A stretch of 64,000 bases of DNA from Scyliorhinus canicula (lineage: Eukaryota): the NCBI RefSeq assembly GCF_902713615.1, contig NC_052149.1, positions 87,499,519-87,563,518 of the forward strand, written 5' to 3'. The notes under the pieces were generated by a model that was given only the letters and a program-made list of their open reading frames with translations, made no database searches and was not told the origin of the DNA. A program made the position numbers and the translations under genes. Below, one piece after another: positions 50,646-63,119 of the stretch; within the stretch, counting starts at the first letter, position 1, and each line of letters opens with the position of its first letter.

Positions 50646-51010
50646 GGGCAGTACAGTAGCACAGTGGATAGCAGTGTTACTTCACAGCGCCAGGAACCAG
50701 GGTTCGATTCCCGGCTAGGATCACTGTGCAGAGTCTGCACGTTCTCCCCGTGTCTGCGTGGATTTCCTCATGGTGCTTCGGTTTCCTCCCACAAGTCCCG
50801 AAAGACGTGCATGTTAGGTAATTTGGCCATTCTGAATTCTCCCTCAATGTACCTGAACAGGTGGCATAGTGTGGCGACTAGGGGCTTTTCACAGTAACTT
50901 AATTGCAGTGTTAATGTAAGCCTACTTGTGACAATAAAGATTATTATATTATTATTATAATGTAAGCCTACTTTGTGACACTAATAAAGATTATGATTAT
51001 TATTATTATT
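50646..51010 (+). mobile_element. Type c V-SINE with duplicated tail
   Basis: Full head and core; TAATGTAAGCCTACTT...AATAAAGATTAT occurs twice. Confidence 0.85.
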
Positions 51011-51200
51011 GGTGCAAGTTGTTTCCTTTCTTGTACATTCCATCCCTAGGTGCAGATTTTCAGATTTATGTATTGTCTTCACCATTCTGGATCCTGACCA
51101 CTGGCCTCAGAGATGGATTTACAGTTTCAGGGGCCTTGTGCACTCCCCATTTGCAGGGGTCCCCTGTCACCGCCTTATCCCCTGGTGACATGGCAGCCTG

Positions 51201-51345
51201 CCCCCAATGATGTCGAGCCCCACCCCAATTACCTCGAATCCCCCTCCAATGATGTTGAGCACCACCCCCAATTACATTGAGTCCCATCTCAATGACATCA
51301 GGCCCCACCCACAATTATGTCAAGCCCCACCCCAAATGACATCAA
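51201..51345. repeat. Minisatellite, unit about 21 bp, about 7 copies
   Basis: CCCAAT(G/T)AYRTYGAGCCCCAC-like units. Confidence 0.75.
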
Positions 51346-51431
51346 TGCTTTCCTGATCCCATCCACCTTCAGCTCACACAATGTAAGGCACAGAAACCCA
51401 AAATCTCGCTGTCCAGTCCACTTGCTGCCCT

Positions 51432-54386
51432 GTCAGACAAGGCATTGCTGGCAGGGGTGGTCGACACTGAGTATTTGGCGATTGTGATTTCTGACCACGC
51501 ACCTCACTGGGTAGATTTGCGCGTGGTCCGAGGAGCCCAACGCCCGCAGTGGAGACTGGATGTGGGGTTGTTGGCGGAAGTGGAGGTGTGCTAGCGAGTG
51601 AGGGCTGCCATTTGGGTACATGGAGTGAAACGATACAGGGTCGGTCTCGGCCGCCACCCTGTGAGACAGGTTCAAGGCGGTGGTCAGGGGGAGTTTATCT
51701 CAATTCGGGCGCACAGGTAGAAAACAGAGTGGGAGACATTGGCAAGGCTGTAAGGCGAGATTTTGAAGATAGGCAGGAGGTATTCGGAGACCCCGGAGGC
51801 AGGACTGTTGAAGGAGAGGCTCCAGGTGGAGTTTGGGCTAGTGTCTATAGGGAAGGCGGTGGGGTAGTTACGGAGGGGAATATACGAATACAGGGATAAG
51901 ACGAGCAGGATGGTGGCTCATCAGTTGAGGAAGCAAGAGGTGGCGAAGGAGACTGGCAGAGCGAGGGATAAGGGCAAGGCAGGGATGGAGGAGGAGCTGG
52001 TTCAGGAACTGGGGGAACCTAATTGGGTTGAGGGAGGTGATGGACAGTATGGGGGCGATGCAGGCAGGGAAGGCCCCAGGGACGGACGGGTTCCCAGTGG
52101 AGTTTTATAAAAAGCTTGGAGCGGACTTGGGGCCACTGCTGGTGAGGGCATATAATGAAGCAAGGGTGAGGAGAGGGCGCACCCCCCTCCATTGTCGCAG
52201 ACTTCCATCTCCCTGATATTAAAAAAGGATAAGAACCCGGAACAGTGCAGGACGTGGCGCCCGATAGCGTTATTGAATGTAGACTCCAAGCTGTTGGCGA
52301 AGGTGTTGACCCTTGTGAATTGAGGACTGCATCCCAAGCATAATAGGCAAGGACCAAACGGGTTTTGTGAAGGGGAGGCAGTTGACGGCGCATATGAGGA
52401 GGCTGCTTAATGCAATAATGATGCCCTCGGAGGAGAAGGAGTGGTGGTGATGGACGCAGTGAAGGCGTTTGACCGGGTGGAGTGGGAGTACCTGCTGGAG
52501 GTGTTTGGGTGGTTCGGGTTCGGACAGGGGTTTCTGGACTGGGTCTGTTTGCTGTACAAGACGTCAGTCGCAAGTGTCTGGATAAACCGAGTGAGTTTGG
52601 GGTATTTTGGTCTGCATCGGGGAATGAGGCAGGGGTGTCCGCTCTCCCCATTGCTTTTCACCTTGGCATAGAGCCGCTGGCAATGTCGCTTAGGGCTGGA
52701 GAAAGGCAGGAGAGAGATTGAGCAGGGTGGGGGGGCATTGAGCACAGGGTCTCACTGTATGCAGACGACCTTTTGCTATATATTTAAAACACGCTGGGCA
52801 AAACATCATATTGCAGACATCATGGGGATTTTAAAGGAATTCAGCCGGTTTTCAAGGTACAAGTTGAGTATGAGAAAGGTGTTTCCGATTGAGACTACTG
52901 GGCAGGATAGACGGAATTGCTGTTCAGGCTGGTGGGGGTGAATTTTAGATATTTGGGTACCCAGGTGACTTGGGGCTGGACGCAACTGCACAAGCTAAAC
53001 CTGGCTCGGCTGGTGAAGCAGATGAAGCGGGGAAGGGGGGGGGGGGGGGGGGGTGCAGACAGTAAAAATGTCAGTGCAGCCAAGGTTTCTGTCTGTGTTT
53101 CAAAACCTCGCAATTTTCGTCCCCAAGTCGTTTTTTTAAGAAGGTTAATATGCTGATCTCCGGGTTTGCGTGGGCGGTGAAGGTGGGCAGGTTAGGAGGG
53201 TCTTTCTGGAGTGGGGGCAATGGGGGGGTGCTGGCGTTACCGAACATAATGACCTACTACTGCTACTGGGTGGCGAATATTGCTATGGTTAGGAAATGGG
53301 CTGTGGGGGACGGGTCGGCGTGGGGTCAGATAGAGGCGGCATTTTATAGGGGAACACGTTTGAGGGCTTTGTTGTCAGCGCCTCTGTCATTCTCACCGGC
53401 CAGGTACTCCGTGAGCCCAGCGGTGGTGTCGGCCCCAAGGGTGTGGGGGCAGTGGAGGCAGAATTTGGGACAGGGGATGCCTTGGTGTTGGCGCTGATCT
53501 GCAACAACCATAGGTTTGAGCCGGGGGGTAGATTTCAGGTTTCAGGGTGGCGGCAAGCAGGGATCGAGCGATTTGGGGACGTGTTCATAACGGGCAAATT
53601 TGCAAGCTTGGAGGCCATGGAGAAAGAGTATGAGCTGCCAAGGGGAACAGTTTTAGGTACGTGCATCTCTGGGATTTCATAAGGAGAGAGGTGCCGTCCT
53701 GTCCTTGGCTGCCGCCCCTGGGGTTGCGAGACAAGGTGCTGTCGAGGGGTGAGATAGGGGAGTGGAAGGTGTCCGATGTCTACAAGGAGTTAATGAATTA
53801 AGAGGGGGCCCTGGTGGGGGGCGTAAAGCGCAAGTGGGAGAAGCTGGGAGGGGAGGTGGGGGCCGAGACTTGGGCAGAAGCCCTGCGGAGGGTGAATGCG
53901 CCCTCGTCATGTGCCATGTTAAGCCTCATCCATTTTAAAGTAATACATAGGGCACATATGATGGTAACAAGGATGAGTAGGTTCTTTGAGAGAATAGAGG
54001 ATAGGTGTGGGGGCCTGCGAATCACGGCCACATATTCTGGACGTTTCTAAGGTTGAAGTGGTTCGCAGACATAATGTCCAAATTGCTGGGGGTGGAGGTA
54101 GTTCCGAGTCCAGAGGTGACGATATTTGGGGTGTCAGAAGACACGAGAGTCCAGAGGGTGAGAGAGGCCAATGTTCTGGCCTTTGCCTCCCTGATAGCCC
54201 AGAGATGGAATTTGCTTGGACAGCAGGACTCTGAGCCACCGAAAGCAGGGGTGTGGTTGAGCGACCTGGCGGAATTCCTGAGGCTGGAGATGGTCAAGTT
54301 CATCTTGAGGGGGTCAGTGTATGGGTTCACTCGGAGGTGGAAGCCATTTATTGATTTCTTTAAGGAGGTTTGAGGGGTTGGGGGAT
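51432..54386 (+). mobile_element. L1-clade LINE, decayed; probable 3' tail resumes at about 58470-58617 after the Gypsy insertion
   Basis: SDHAPH, KAPGTDGFPVEFYKK, DAVKAFDRVEWEYL, RQGCPLSPLLF, YADD, WKPFIDFF*. Confidence 0.9.
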
Positions 54387-54712
54387 TGATGGAACCAACA
54401 ATTCTACGGACACGTGCTTGTAGGATTAGAATAGCGGTTTTAATATACTTACAACAGAGCCAGCCTGTTAGCCGTTGAAATTTCGGTGAACTGGCTGGCT
54501 GACTCTGTGGCACGGATCTTTAGACAGCAGCTCCAGGGGGAGGAGTTCTGGGCGGAGCCAAGGGGGGGCCCAGGACAAACTCTCGAGTACTCCCAGTGCT
54601 ACTCCCCCTGGTGGTCAGGTAGTGCAACTGCACTTACAATATTGATACATGTATATACTCGGAACAGAGTGACATTGGTAACTATAATGCCGTGTGAATC
54701 TCATTCACCACA
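54387..54712 (-). repeat. 3' LTR of the Gypsy element (326 bp)
   Basis: Minus strand TGTGGTGAATG...CCATCA, immediately preceded by purine-rich AGGGGTGAA. Confidence 0.8.
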
Positions 54713-54787
54713 TTCACCCCTGTGAAAAAAATCAAGTCCGGCGGGGGTGGTGGCTCACAGAGTTAGTCTGTCCGGTGGACGAATTGT

Positions 54788-55609
54788 TCATTTCGATCTG
54801 CGGAGCACCGGGGTTGCAGCCTCTTGCGGTGGCTGGGTGGGTGTTGAGAGCTGGGGTACGATGGCAGACTCCGGGGCGGGTCTCGTCCAAACTACATACA
54901 CCTCTGGCTCGTCCGGAGACTGGGGGCGCTGGGGGCGGGCTGGTGCTGGCACGTGGAACAGGTGGGGCGAGCTTGCGGAATCGGGGGCGCGAGAGGGCGG
55001 CAGCATAGGGAACGGGGTAAGGAGTTCCTCAGTGGGGGTGGGGAGGGTGCTGGATCCAGCGGGTGCCAGGTCCCGAAGGGATACTGTGTCCTGGCGACCG
55101 TCCAGGAACTCCACAAATGCGTACTGGGGGTTGGAATGGAGGAGGCGCACCTTTTCGACAAGGGGGTCAGTTTTATGCCCCCTGACGTGCTTCCTCAGGA
55201 GGACCGGGCCTGGTGTCCTCAGCCACGCCGGAAGTGAGACCCCCGTGGTAGTACCCCTAGAAAAAATAAAGAGCCGCTCGTGAGGGGTTTGATTTGTCGC
55301 TGTACAGAGGAGGGATCTAATTGCGTGGAGCGCGTCTGGGAGGACTTCTTGCCATTGGGAGACTTGGAGTTTTCTAGACCGGAGGGTCAGTAGGACGGTC
55401 TTCCAGACCGTCGCATTCTCCCTCTCCACCTGCCCGTTCCCCCTGAGGTTGTAGCTGGCAGTCCTGCTCGAGGCGATGCTGTTGTCGAGCAGGTACCGAC
55501 GCAGCTCGTCGCTCATAAAGGACGAACCCCGGTCGCTGTGCACGTAGCTGGGGAAACCGAACAGGGTGAAGACACTATGCAGGGCCCTAATGACTGTGTG
55601 GGAGGTCAT
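54788..55609 (-). pseudogene. Gypsy integrase, C-terminal part
   Basis: HSDRGSSFMS and GNGQVEREN (D,D35E core); N-terminal part disrupted. Confidence 0.85.
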
Positions 55610-55926
55610 GTCGGGGCACGGAATGGCAAAAGGGAATCGGGAGAACTCATCGATGATGAGAACGCAAGGCGTTCAAAGGGCCTAGAAGCCTTGACCAGAT
55701 GGGCCCTGTCTGGTCTATAGAAGTGCGGTTTGCACTCCGCACAGATCGGGCAGTCCCTGGTGACCGCTTTTACCTCCTCGTTGGAGAAAGGCAGGTTTCG
55801 GGCTCTGATGTAGTGGGCGAGCAGGGTGACCCCTGGATGGCAGAGGTCAACGTGAATGGCTTTCAGACGGCTGATCTGCGCTCTGGCACATGTCCTGTGG
55901 ATTAGGGCATCTGAGGGCTCATTGAG

Positions 55927-56973
55927 CTATCCCGGTCGATATTTAATGTCGTAACTATAAGTGGAGAGTTCGATCCTCCACCGAAGGAATTTATCATTTT
56001 TTATTTTGCCCCTTTGCGAGTTGTCAAACATAAAGGCAACCGATCGTTGGTCAGTTATGAGGGTGAACCTCCTACCTGCGAGGTAGTGCCTCCAATGACG
56101 AACAGCCTCCACGATGGCTTGTGCTTCCTTCTTGACAGAGGAGTGTCGGAGTTCTGAAGCGGATAGGGTACGCGAGAAAAATGCAACGGGTCTCCCTGCC
56201 TGATTTAAAGTGGCTGCTAGAGCTACCTCTGAGGCGTCGCTCTCAACCTGAAAGGGAGTGGATTCATCCACCGCCCGCATGGCTGCTTTGGCAATGTCCT
56301 CCTTGATGCAGCTGAAGGCCTGGCGTGCCTCAGCAGACAGGGGAAATCGTGTGGCCTTGAAGAGTGGGCGGGCTTTGTCCGCATATTGAGGGACCCACTG
56401 GACGTAGTATGAAAAGAACCCAAAGCACCGTTTGAGGGCCTTGGGGCAATGAGGGAGGGGGAGTTCTAAGAGAGGGCGCATGCGGTCCAGGTCTGGGCCC
56501 AGGACTCCGTTCTCCACGGCGTAGCCGAGGATGGCCAGTCTGTTTGTGCGGAAAACGCATTTCTCCTTGTTATAAGTGAGGTTTAATTTCTGTGCCGTCT
56601 GGAGAAAACGGTGGAGGTTGACGTCGTGGTCCTGCTGGTCATAGCCGCAGATGGTAACATTGTCCAGATACGGAAACGTGGCCCGCAGCCCGTACTGGTC
56701 TACCATTCGGTCCATTGCTCGTTGGAACACCGAAATCCCGTTAGTGACGCCGAAGGGAACCCGGAGGAAATGGAAGAGGCGGCCATCGGCCTTGAACGTC
56801 GTGTAGTGGCGGTCCTCTGGGTGGATTGGGAGCTGGTGGTATGCAGACTTCAGTTCCACCGTGGAAAATAGCCGATACTGGGCGATCTGGTTAACCATGT
56901 CTGCAATTCTGGGGAGGGGATACGCGTCTAGGAGCATAAAGCGATTTATGGTCTGGCTATAGTCGACGACCAT
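55927..56973 (-). pseudogene. Gypsy RT-RNase H open segment
   Basis: VDYSQTIN, AYPLPRI, LKSAYHQL, PFGVTNG, YLDN, ESDAS, TDQRS. Confidence 0.88.
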
Positions 56974-58689
56974 GCAAAATTATTCCCCGGTCTTGACGAC
57001 CACCACCTGAGCTCTCCAGGGACTATTACTGGCCTCTATGATCCCCTCACTGAGCAGCCGTCGGACCTCCGATCGGATAAAGACCCTATCCTGTAGGCTG
57101 TATCGCCTGCTGCGAGTAGCTACTGGTTTGCAATCTGGAGTGAGATTGGCGAAGAGAGGAGGGGGGGGCGATGCGCAGCGTGGCGAGGCTGCAGATAGTG
57201 AGTGGGGGCAGGGGCCCGCCGAAGCTGAGGGTGAGGCTCTTGAGGTTGCACTGAAAATCCAGGCCTAATAAGAGTGGCGCGCAGAGGTCAGGCAGGACGT
57301 AAAGTTTAAATTTTGAATAACTAGCGCCTCGAATTGTGAGCGTAGCGACGGTGCGTCCTTGGATTTGGACTGAGTGCGAGCCCGAAGCGAGGGTGATAGT
57401 TTGGCTCACAGGAAAAATAGGAAGCGAACAGCGTCTTACCAGCTCTAGGTGTATAAAGCTCTCGGTGCTCCCGGAGTCAAAGAGGCATGGCGTGCTGTAC
57501 CCGTTGATCTGGACCTCCGCCATCGAACTTCGTAGGTGCTTGGGGCGGGATTGATCTAGGGTGACCGCGTTGAGTTGCGGGCCGCGTGATGAGTGCCCGG
57601 GAAGGTCGTAGTCTTCCGAGTGGCCGTCCGGTCAAGTAGATGCCGGTACGTTCTGGCGAGCTTGATGCAGGATCGCTGCGCTGAGTTGCGGGCCGCGTGA
57701 TGAGTGCCCGGGGAAGTCGTAGTCTTCAGATGGGCTTTCTGAGCATGCCGATGCAGATGGGGCCCGTGGATCGCACGTGGTGAGCGGCGAGGAAGATGGC
57801 GGCCCCCATGAGTCGCATGTGGCCGGCCGCATGGTGGGGGTTTGCCAAGATGGTGGCCCCCATGGATCGCACGTGGCGGGAAGGGGCGGAGTCGGGGCGT
57901 AGGCCGCAGCGTTTCGGGCCTCGCGGGCCCGCTGGTGTTGGGAGCGATTTGTTCTCTCTACTGGGGAGTTAAAAACTGGAGCCCTTTTCGCGAGGCACAC
58001 TCTGGCATAGTGGCCTTTCTTCCCGCAGCTGCTGCAGGTCGCGGATCGGGCTGGGCAGTGCTGCCGCGGGTGCTGGCTTTGGCCACAGAAATGGCAGGCT
58101 GGGGCAGCTGAGTAGCTGGCTGGAGCAGCTGAGTAGCTGGCTGGGGCAGCAGAGTAACTGGCTTTGGCAGCGCGGTAGATGGGGGGCCGTGCGGCACAGG
58201 CTTGGGGGGATTGTTGGTCGGGGGTCCACGATGAGGTCGCGGGGTCCGCGGGGAACTACGTGAGGCTGCGGAAGGAGACTTCCATAGTGGTAGCAGCCTC
58301 CACAGTAGTATCCAAGTCCTGGGCCCCCTTTTCTAGCAGTCTTTGGCGCACATAGTTAGATCTAAGGGCCGCTACGAAAACATCCCGCACAGCAAGCTCC
58401 CTATGTTCAGCCGCGGTAACGGCTTGATAATTACAGTCATTAGAAAGATTGTTCAGTTCAAACTCGGATTAAAATAGGGAAGTTAAGATGTGAGAAGGGG
58501 TGCTTTTCTGGGAGCAGAGGGGAATTGGGTGTTGGTTGTTTATAATGTTGTTTGGTTGCTCTGATGCTTTTCTTTGTTTATATGATAAGCCTTGGATAAA
58601 ATATTTTTAAAAAGAAATTGCCTGTCCATCTGCCTCAGTTTTCACCCCTGTGGGACTCTGGGTGGAATTGGTCCACGTTGTGCCACTGT

Positions 58690-60303
58690 TCAAATGTAAA
58701 AATGTTGATATTAAGAAGGAGGATGTTCTGGAAATTTTGGAAAGCATCAGGATAGACAATCCCCTGGGCCTGACGGGATATACCCAAAGTTACTACGGGA
58801 AGCGAGGGAGGAGGTTGCTGCGCCGTTGGCAATGATCTTTGCATCCTCACTCTGCACTGGAGTAGTACCGGATGATTGGAGGGAGGCGAACGTTGTTCCC
58901 TATTCAAGAAAGGGAATAGGGAAATCCCTGGGAATTACAGACCCATCAGTCTTATGTCTGTGGTGAGCAAAATATTGGAAAGGATTCTGAGAGATAGGAT
59001 TTATGATTATTTAGAAAAACATGGTTTGATTAAAGATAGTCAGCATGGCTTTGTGAAGGGCAGGTCATGCCTCACAAGCCTCATTGAATTCTTTGAGGAT
59101 GTGACGAGACACATTGATGAAGGTCGGGCAGTGGATGTGGTGTATATGGATTTCAGTAAGGCATTTGATAAGGTTCCCCATGGTAGGCTCATTCAGAAAG
59201 TTAGGGGGCACGGATACAGGGAAATGTGGCTGTCAGAATTGGCTGGCCGAAAGAAGACAGCGAGTGGTAGTGGATGGAAAGTATTCCGCCTGGAGGTCAG
59301 TGACCAGTGGTGTCCCGCAAGGATCTGTTCTGGGACCTCTGCTCTTTGTGGTTTTTATAAATGACTTGGATGAGGAAGTGGAAGGGTAGTGTTAGTAAGT
59401 TTGCCGATGACACGACGGTTGGGGGAGTTGTAGATAGTGTTGAGGGTTATTGCAGGTTACAGCAGGACATTGACAGGATGCAGATATGGGCTGAGAAGTG
59501 GCAGATGGAGTTCAACCTTGATAAATGTGAAGTGATTCATTTTGGAAGGTCGAATATGAATGCTGAATACAGGGTTAAAGACAGGATTCTTGGAAGTGTG
59601 GAGGAACAGAGGGATCTTGGGGTCCACGTACATAGATCCCTCAAAGTTGCCACCCAGGTTGACAGGGTTGTTAAGAAGGCGTATGGTGTGTTGGCTTTCA
59701 TTAACAGGGGGATTGAATTTTGAGAGCCACAAGGTTTTGCTGCAGCTCTATAAAACCCTAGTTAAATCACACTTGGAATATTGTGTCCAGTTCTGGTCAC
59801 CTCATTATAGGAAGGATGTGGATGCTTTGGAGAGGGTACAGAGGAGATTTACCAGGATGCTGCCTGGACTGGAGGGCATGTCTTATGAAGAAAGGTTGAG
59901 GGAGCTAGGGCTTTTCTCACTGGAACAAAGAAGGCAGAGAGGTGACTTGATAGAGGTGTACAAGGTGAGGAGAGGCATGGATAGAGTGGATAGCCAGAGA
60001 CTTTTCCCCAGGGTGGAAATGGCTGTCACGAGGGGACATAATTTTAAGATGATGGGAGGAATGATAGGGGAGATGTTAGAGGTAGGTTCTTTACACAGAG
60101 AGTGGAGGGTGTGTGGAATGCACTGCCAGCAGAGGTGGTGGAGTCAGAGTCATTTGGGACATTTAAGCGACTCTTAGGCAGGCACATGGACAGCAGTAAA
60201 TTGAAGGGGTGTAGGTTAGGTTGATCTTAGATTAGGATAAATGGTTGGCACAACATCATGGGCTGAAGGGCCTGGACTCTGCTGTACTGTTCTATGTTCT
60301 ATG
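58690..60303 (+). mobile_element. CR1 LINE, 5'-truncated
   Basis: [34 protein letters not shown]; tail ...CTGTACTGTTCTATGTTCTATG. Confidence 0.93.
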
Positions 60304-62489
60304 TAAAATGTGCACAAAGCATTCTACTTTGGAGTGGTTATAATAAGGCACAATCTGTACTTGCATTGGTCCCACTGCTATATTCATAGAGCCATTTTTT
60401 TGGCATTTCACAACTGTTAAATAAATGAGTGGCCTAGTACCTGTTAAAATGCTCCTTGCTGAGATGAGTACTGGACGAAGTCGGGCCTCAGGCGCACCTG
60501 ACTCAACAATCCTCAGAATCTGCCAATGAAATGTAAACTGATTTTTTTTAAAAACTATTCTGGTGGCGAAAGAACAAACAGGAAGATACTCCCAATCCAC
60601 AGGAATCGTGATCGTCATCAACCTCCCACCTTTGTGTCTCATTCTAAAGCCTTCTTCCGCAACTCACCCGAGGATTGCCACCACCTGACATTGATCATTA
60701 TTTGGAAGAGCTGTCTTTAGAGGCATGACTGTTCGTGCCATGTATAAGGCTGGTGAGGATGGGAGATCAAATTTCCATTGATCCTTGGACATCTCAGTTC
60801 ATAATGTGCACTGGTCACAAAACTGGGCCTGCACAAAAATCTATCTCCCTTTAAATTATAAGACCTGGGCTTTCTCCAAAGTTACTTAGCAACCAGGAAA
60901 ACCACTAACTGACTTTGGTGTTTTACAAGAACATGTATTAGTCCTTTTAATACTGAGAGGGAAAGTAAATCATTTTTTCTTGTTTCATTACATTATTTAT
61001 GTATATTGATAGGACATTGAAATATTGATTTAATCTAACTCCAGTACATTCCAGAAATTCCACCCCTTTCCAGCAGACTGTCCTGATAAAAGACACTTTG
61101 TTGTCTGAAAGGTTTTTAAATTTGAGTGAACTGTGGGTTCCAAAGGTTTCTCTGCAAGATATCCCTGCAAGACAAACACGAGTCTACACATTTCACAATT
61201 GTGATTTACTAATGCAGTCATAAGTGTTTAAAGTTTAATTATTCTACCTTTTACAGTGTGGTGGGAACAGCAGCTCGCCCTGTCTGCTGGATCAACAGTT
61301 TTCACAAGTGAACTGTGACCACAAAATGTAAGAAGCAGTGAAATTAAGATTATTTGACAAGTTAACTAGGTGTGAGCAGATGTAACCACATCGGCAAAGA
61401 AAACACTTGAAAGCATAAAGCAAAGAGCTCCCCTGACAGCTCCATTGGTGAGTGCACTAGCCATCAGCCACGCAGATCAGGAATGAATGGCATGTTACCA
61501 AAGTACCTTGGGCGAGTGAAGGGCAAATTTAGTCAGATTTCCAGTTCTGGGCCATTACCCAGTGACTGTTATATTCATGGGGATACGGAGTGACGGAAGG
61601 ATTAAGGTCAACTGGCGATGCCTTTTAAGGTTGAACATCCTGTTGACACATTCAAGGCTCACCAGATCTATTCTATAATGAGTGCTACTGGAACCTATGG
61701 GTCAAGGAAATAGGAGAAAATTGGGGGGGGGGGGAAACCATCAATGGGATAACACTCGGATCTCTCATGCCATTCACATTAATTTTAGTATAGGACAAAC
61801 CAGTGCGGAGTTTTTGCAAACTTCATTCTGCATTGACATAACTAATAAATCAACGGTGAGCCCACTAAAAATCCTTGAGCTTCGTGCTAAGATGTTCCAA
61901 CCAAAAGCACAGAGTTAGCGTTCAGAAACCTGCCAGGGAAATGGTGTCAATGGATTTGGACTATTTGTTTGTTCCACACTGGTTCACCGCTGTAAGTAGA
62001 AGTTGCCAAAACTTCCACTGCCGTAGAAAAAAACTATTTTTAAAAAAAGGTATGAACTATAGAGCTTTATTAAATGGAAAAAGATTGTTAAAAAATTTGC
62101 CTTGATACCATTTGAACTTCAGGCTCATCGACTAGAAATTCATTTGCCCTGATTTCCGGCTACTGAGGATCACAATTTACGACCTGTCCGTGCCGCTTGT
62201 AAATTATGTTGGCAGCATGTAAAATTCATTTAACCTACTTTTCGCTGGACCTATCTAATTTCCCCGATTGTCACATCGCCACGAGCAGCTCTGGTCTCCA
62301 TTCCACTGCTGGAGGCCTCTGTGCATTGCTGTGGACAAAGTCACATTCTGAAAAAACTACGTTCTCCAAGCAGCCTTCTCTTTTTAAAAGGCAGAGTTCT
62401 CATAAAAAGAGAGGTTGCAGCAATCAACTGCAGACTACAGGATTATCACACTGGGGCACTGGAAGGAGGATGGCACACTACACCAGGGA

Positions 62490-62940
62490 AACCGCCCTTT
62501 CGTGACACCTTTCAAGAGACATTGGTCAGGCAGGTGGAGGCTGGGAAGGGGGGGCCATGTTTCCACCAGTGGGGAGGAAAATGACAAATCATCACATCTC
62601 AGATTCGTCACACCACCCACCTCTTACCCTGCTCAATTCACTACACACCATTTCTCATACCAATGTCCCTGGCACTCAGAACTCTGCACTAACATTGTTA
62701 TACTACACCTCACGCAAACACCTTCCAATCATGCCAGTCACACGCTCATCTCTACAAGCCTCTGCAATCCTACAGCTATTCAGTTATGGCAGGCATATTA
62801 TCCAACCATATTGACACTGGGATAACACGGAGTGTTATTGAAGTAAATTAATTTACTTTTTGCCCTCTCTTGCGGGAGAAGGTGGCAGACAACAGGATGA
62901 CTGGCAGAGGACCAACACATGCACGCCTTCAGTGCATTGG
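62490..62940 (+). pseudogene. Highly decayed third Harbinger Myb-like gene relic
   Basis: FRDTFQETLVRQVEA, then a pyrimidine tract and EKVADNR..TGRG, paralleling exons 1 and 2 at 44830 and 45246. Confidence 0.45.
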
Positions 62941-62952
62941 TGGAGAATTATT

Positions 62953-63119
62953 GGGGGTGAGATTCTCTGCCGTCCCTGTGGCATGTTTCTCACCGGCAAG
63001 AGGCTGTCACTGGGACTTCCCACCGAATCCACCCCACGCCGTTGGGAAATCCATGGTGGGGTGCACCATCTGCAGGACCGGAAGATCCTGTCGATGTGAA
63101 CAACTGGAAGATCTCGCCC
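62953..63119. mobile_element. Short Harbinger-type MITE
   Basis: gggtgagattctc ... gaagatctcgccc. Confidence 0.6.

Larger units (their letters stand above)
54387..58450 (-). mobile_element. Ty3/Gypsy LTR retrotransposon (Mag-like), 5'-truncated
   Basis: Order Gag (two CCHC knuckles CHFCGQSQHPRQHC and CSSCGKKGHYARVC), PR (LFDSGS), RT, RNase H, IN, PPT, LTR. Confidence 0.93.

Noticed and set aside
51201-51345. CRISPR-like array or any prokaryotic defence system
   Set aside because: Tandem units without unique spacers, no cas genes, and the context is spliced vertebrate DNA.
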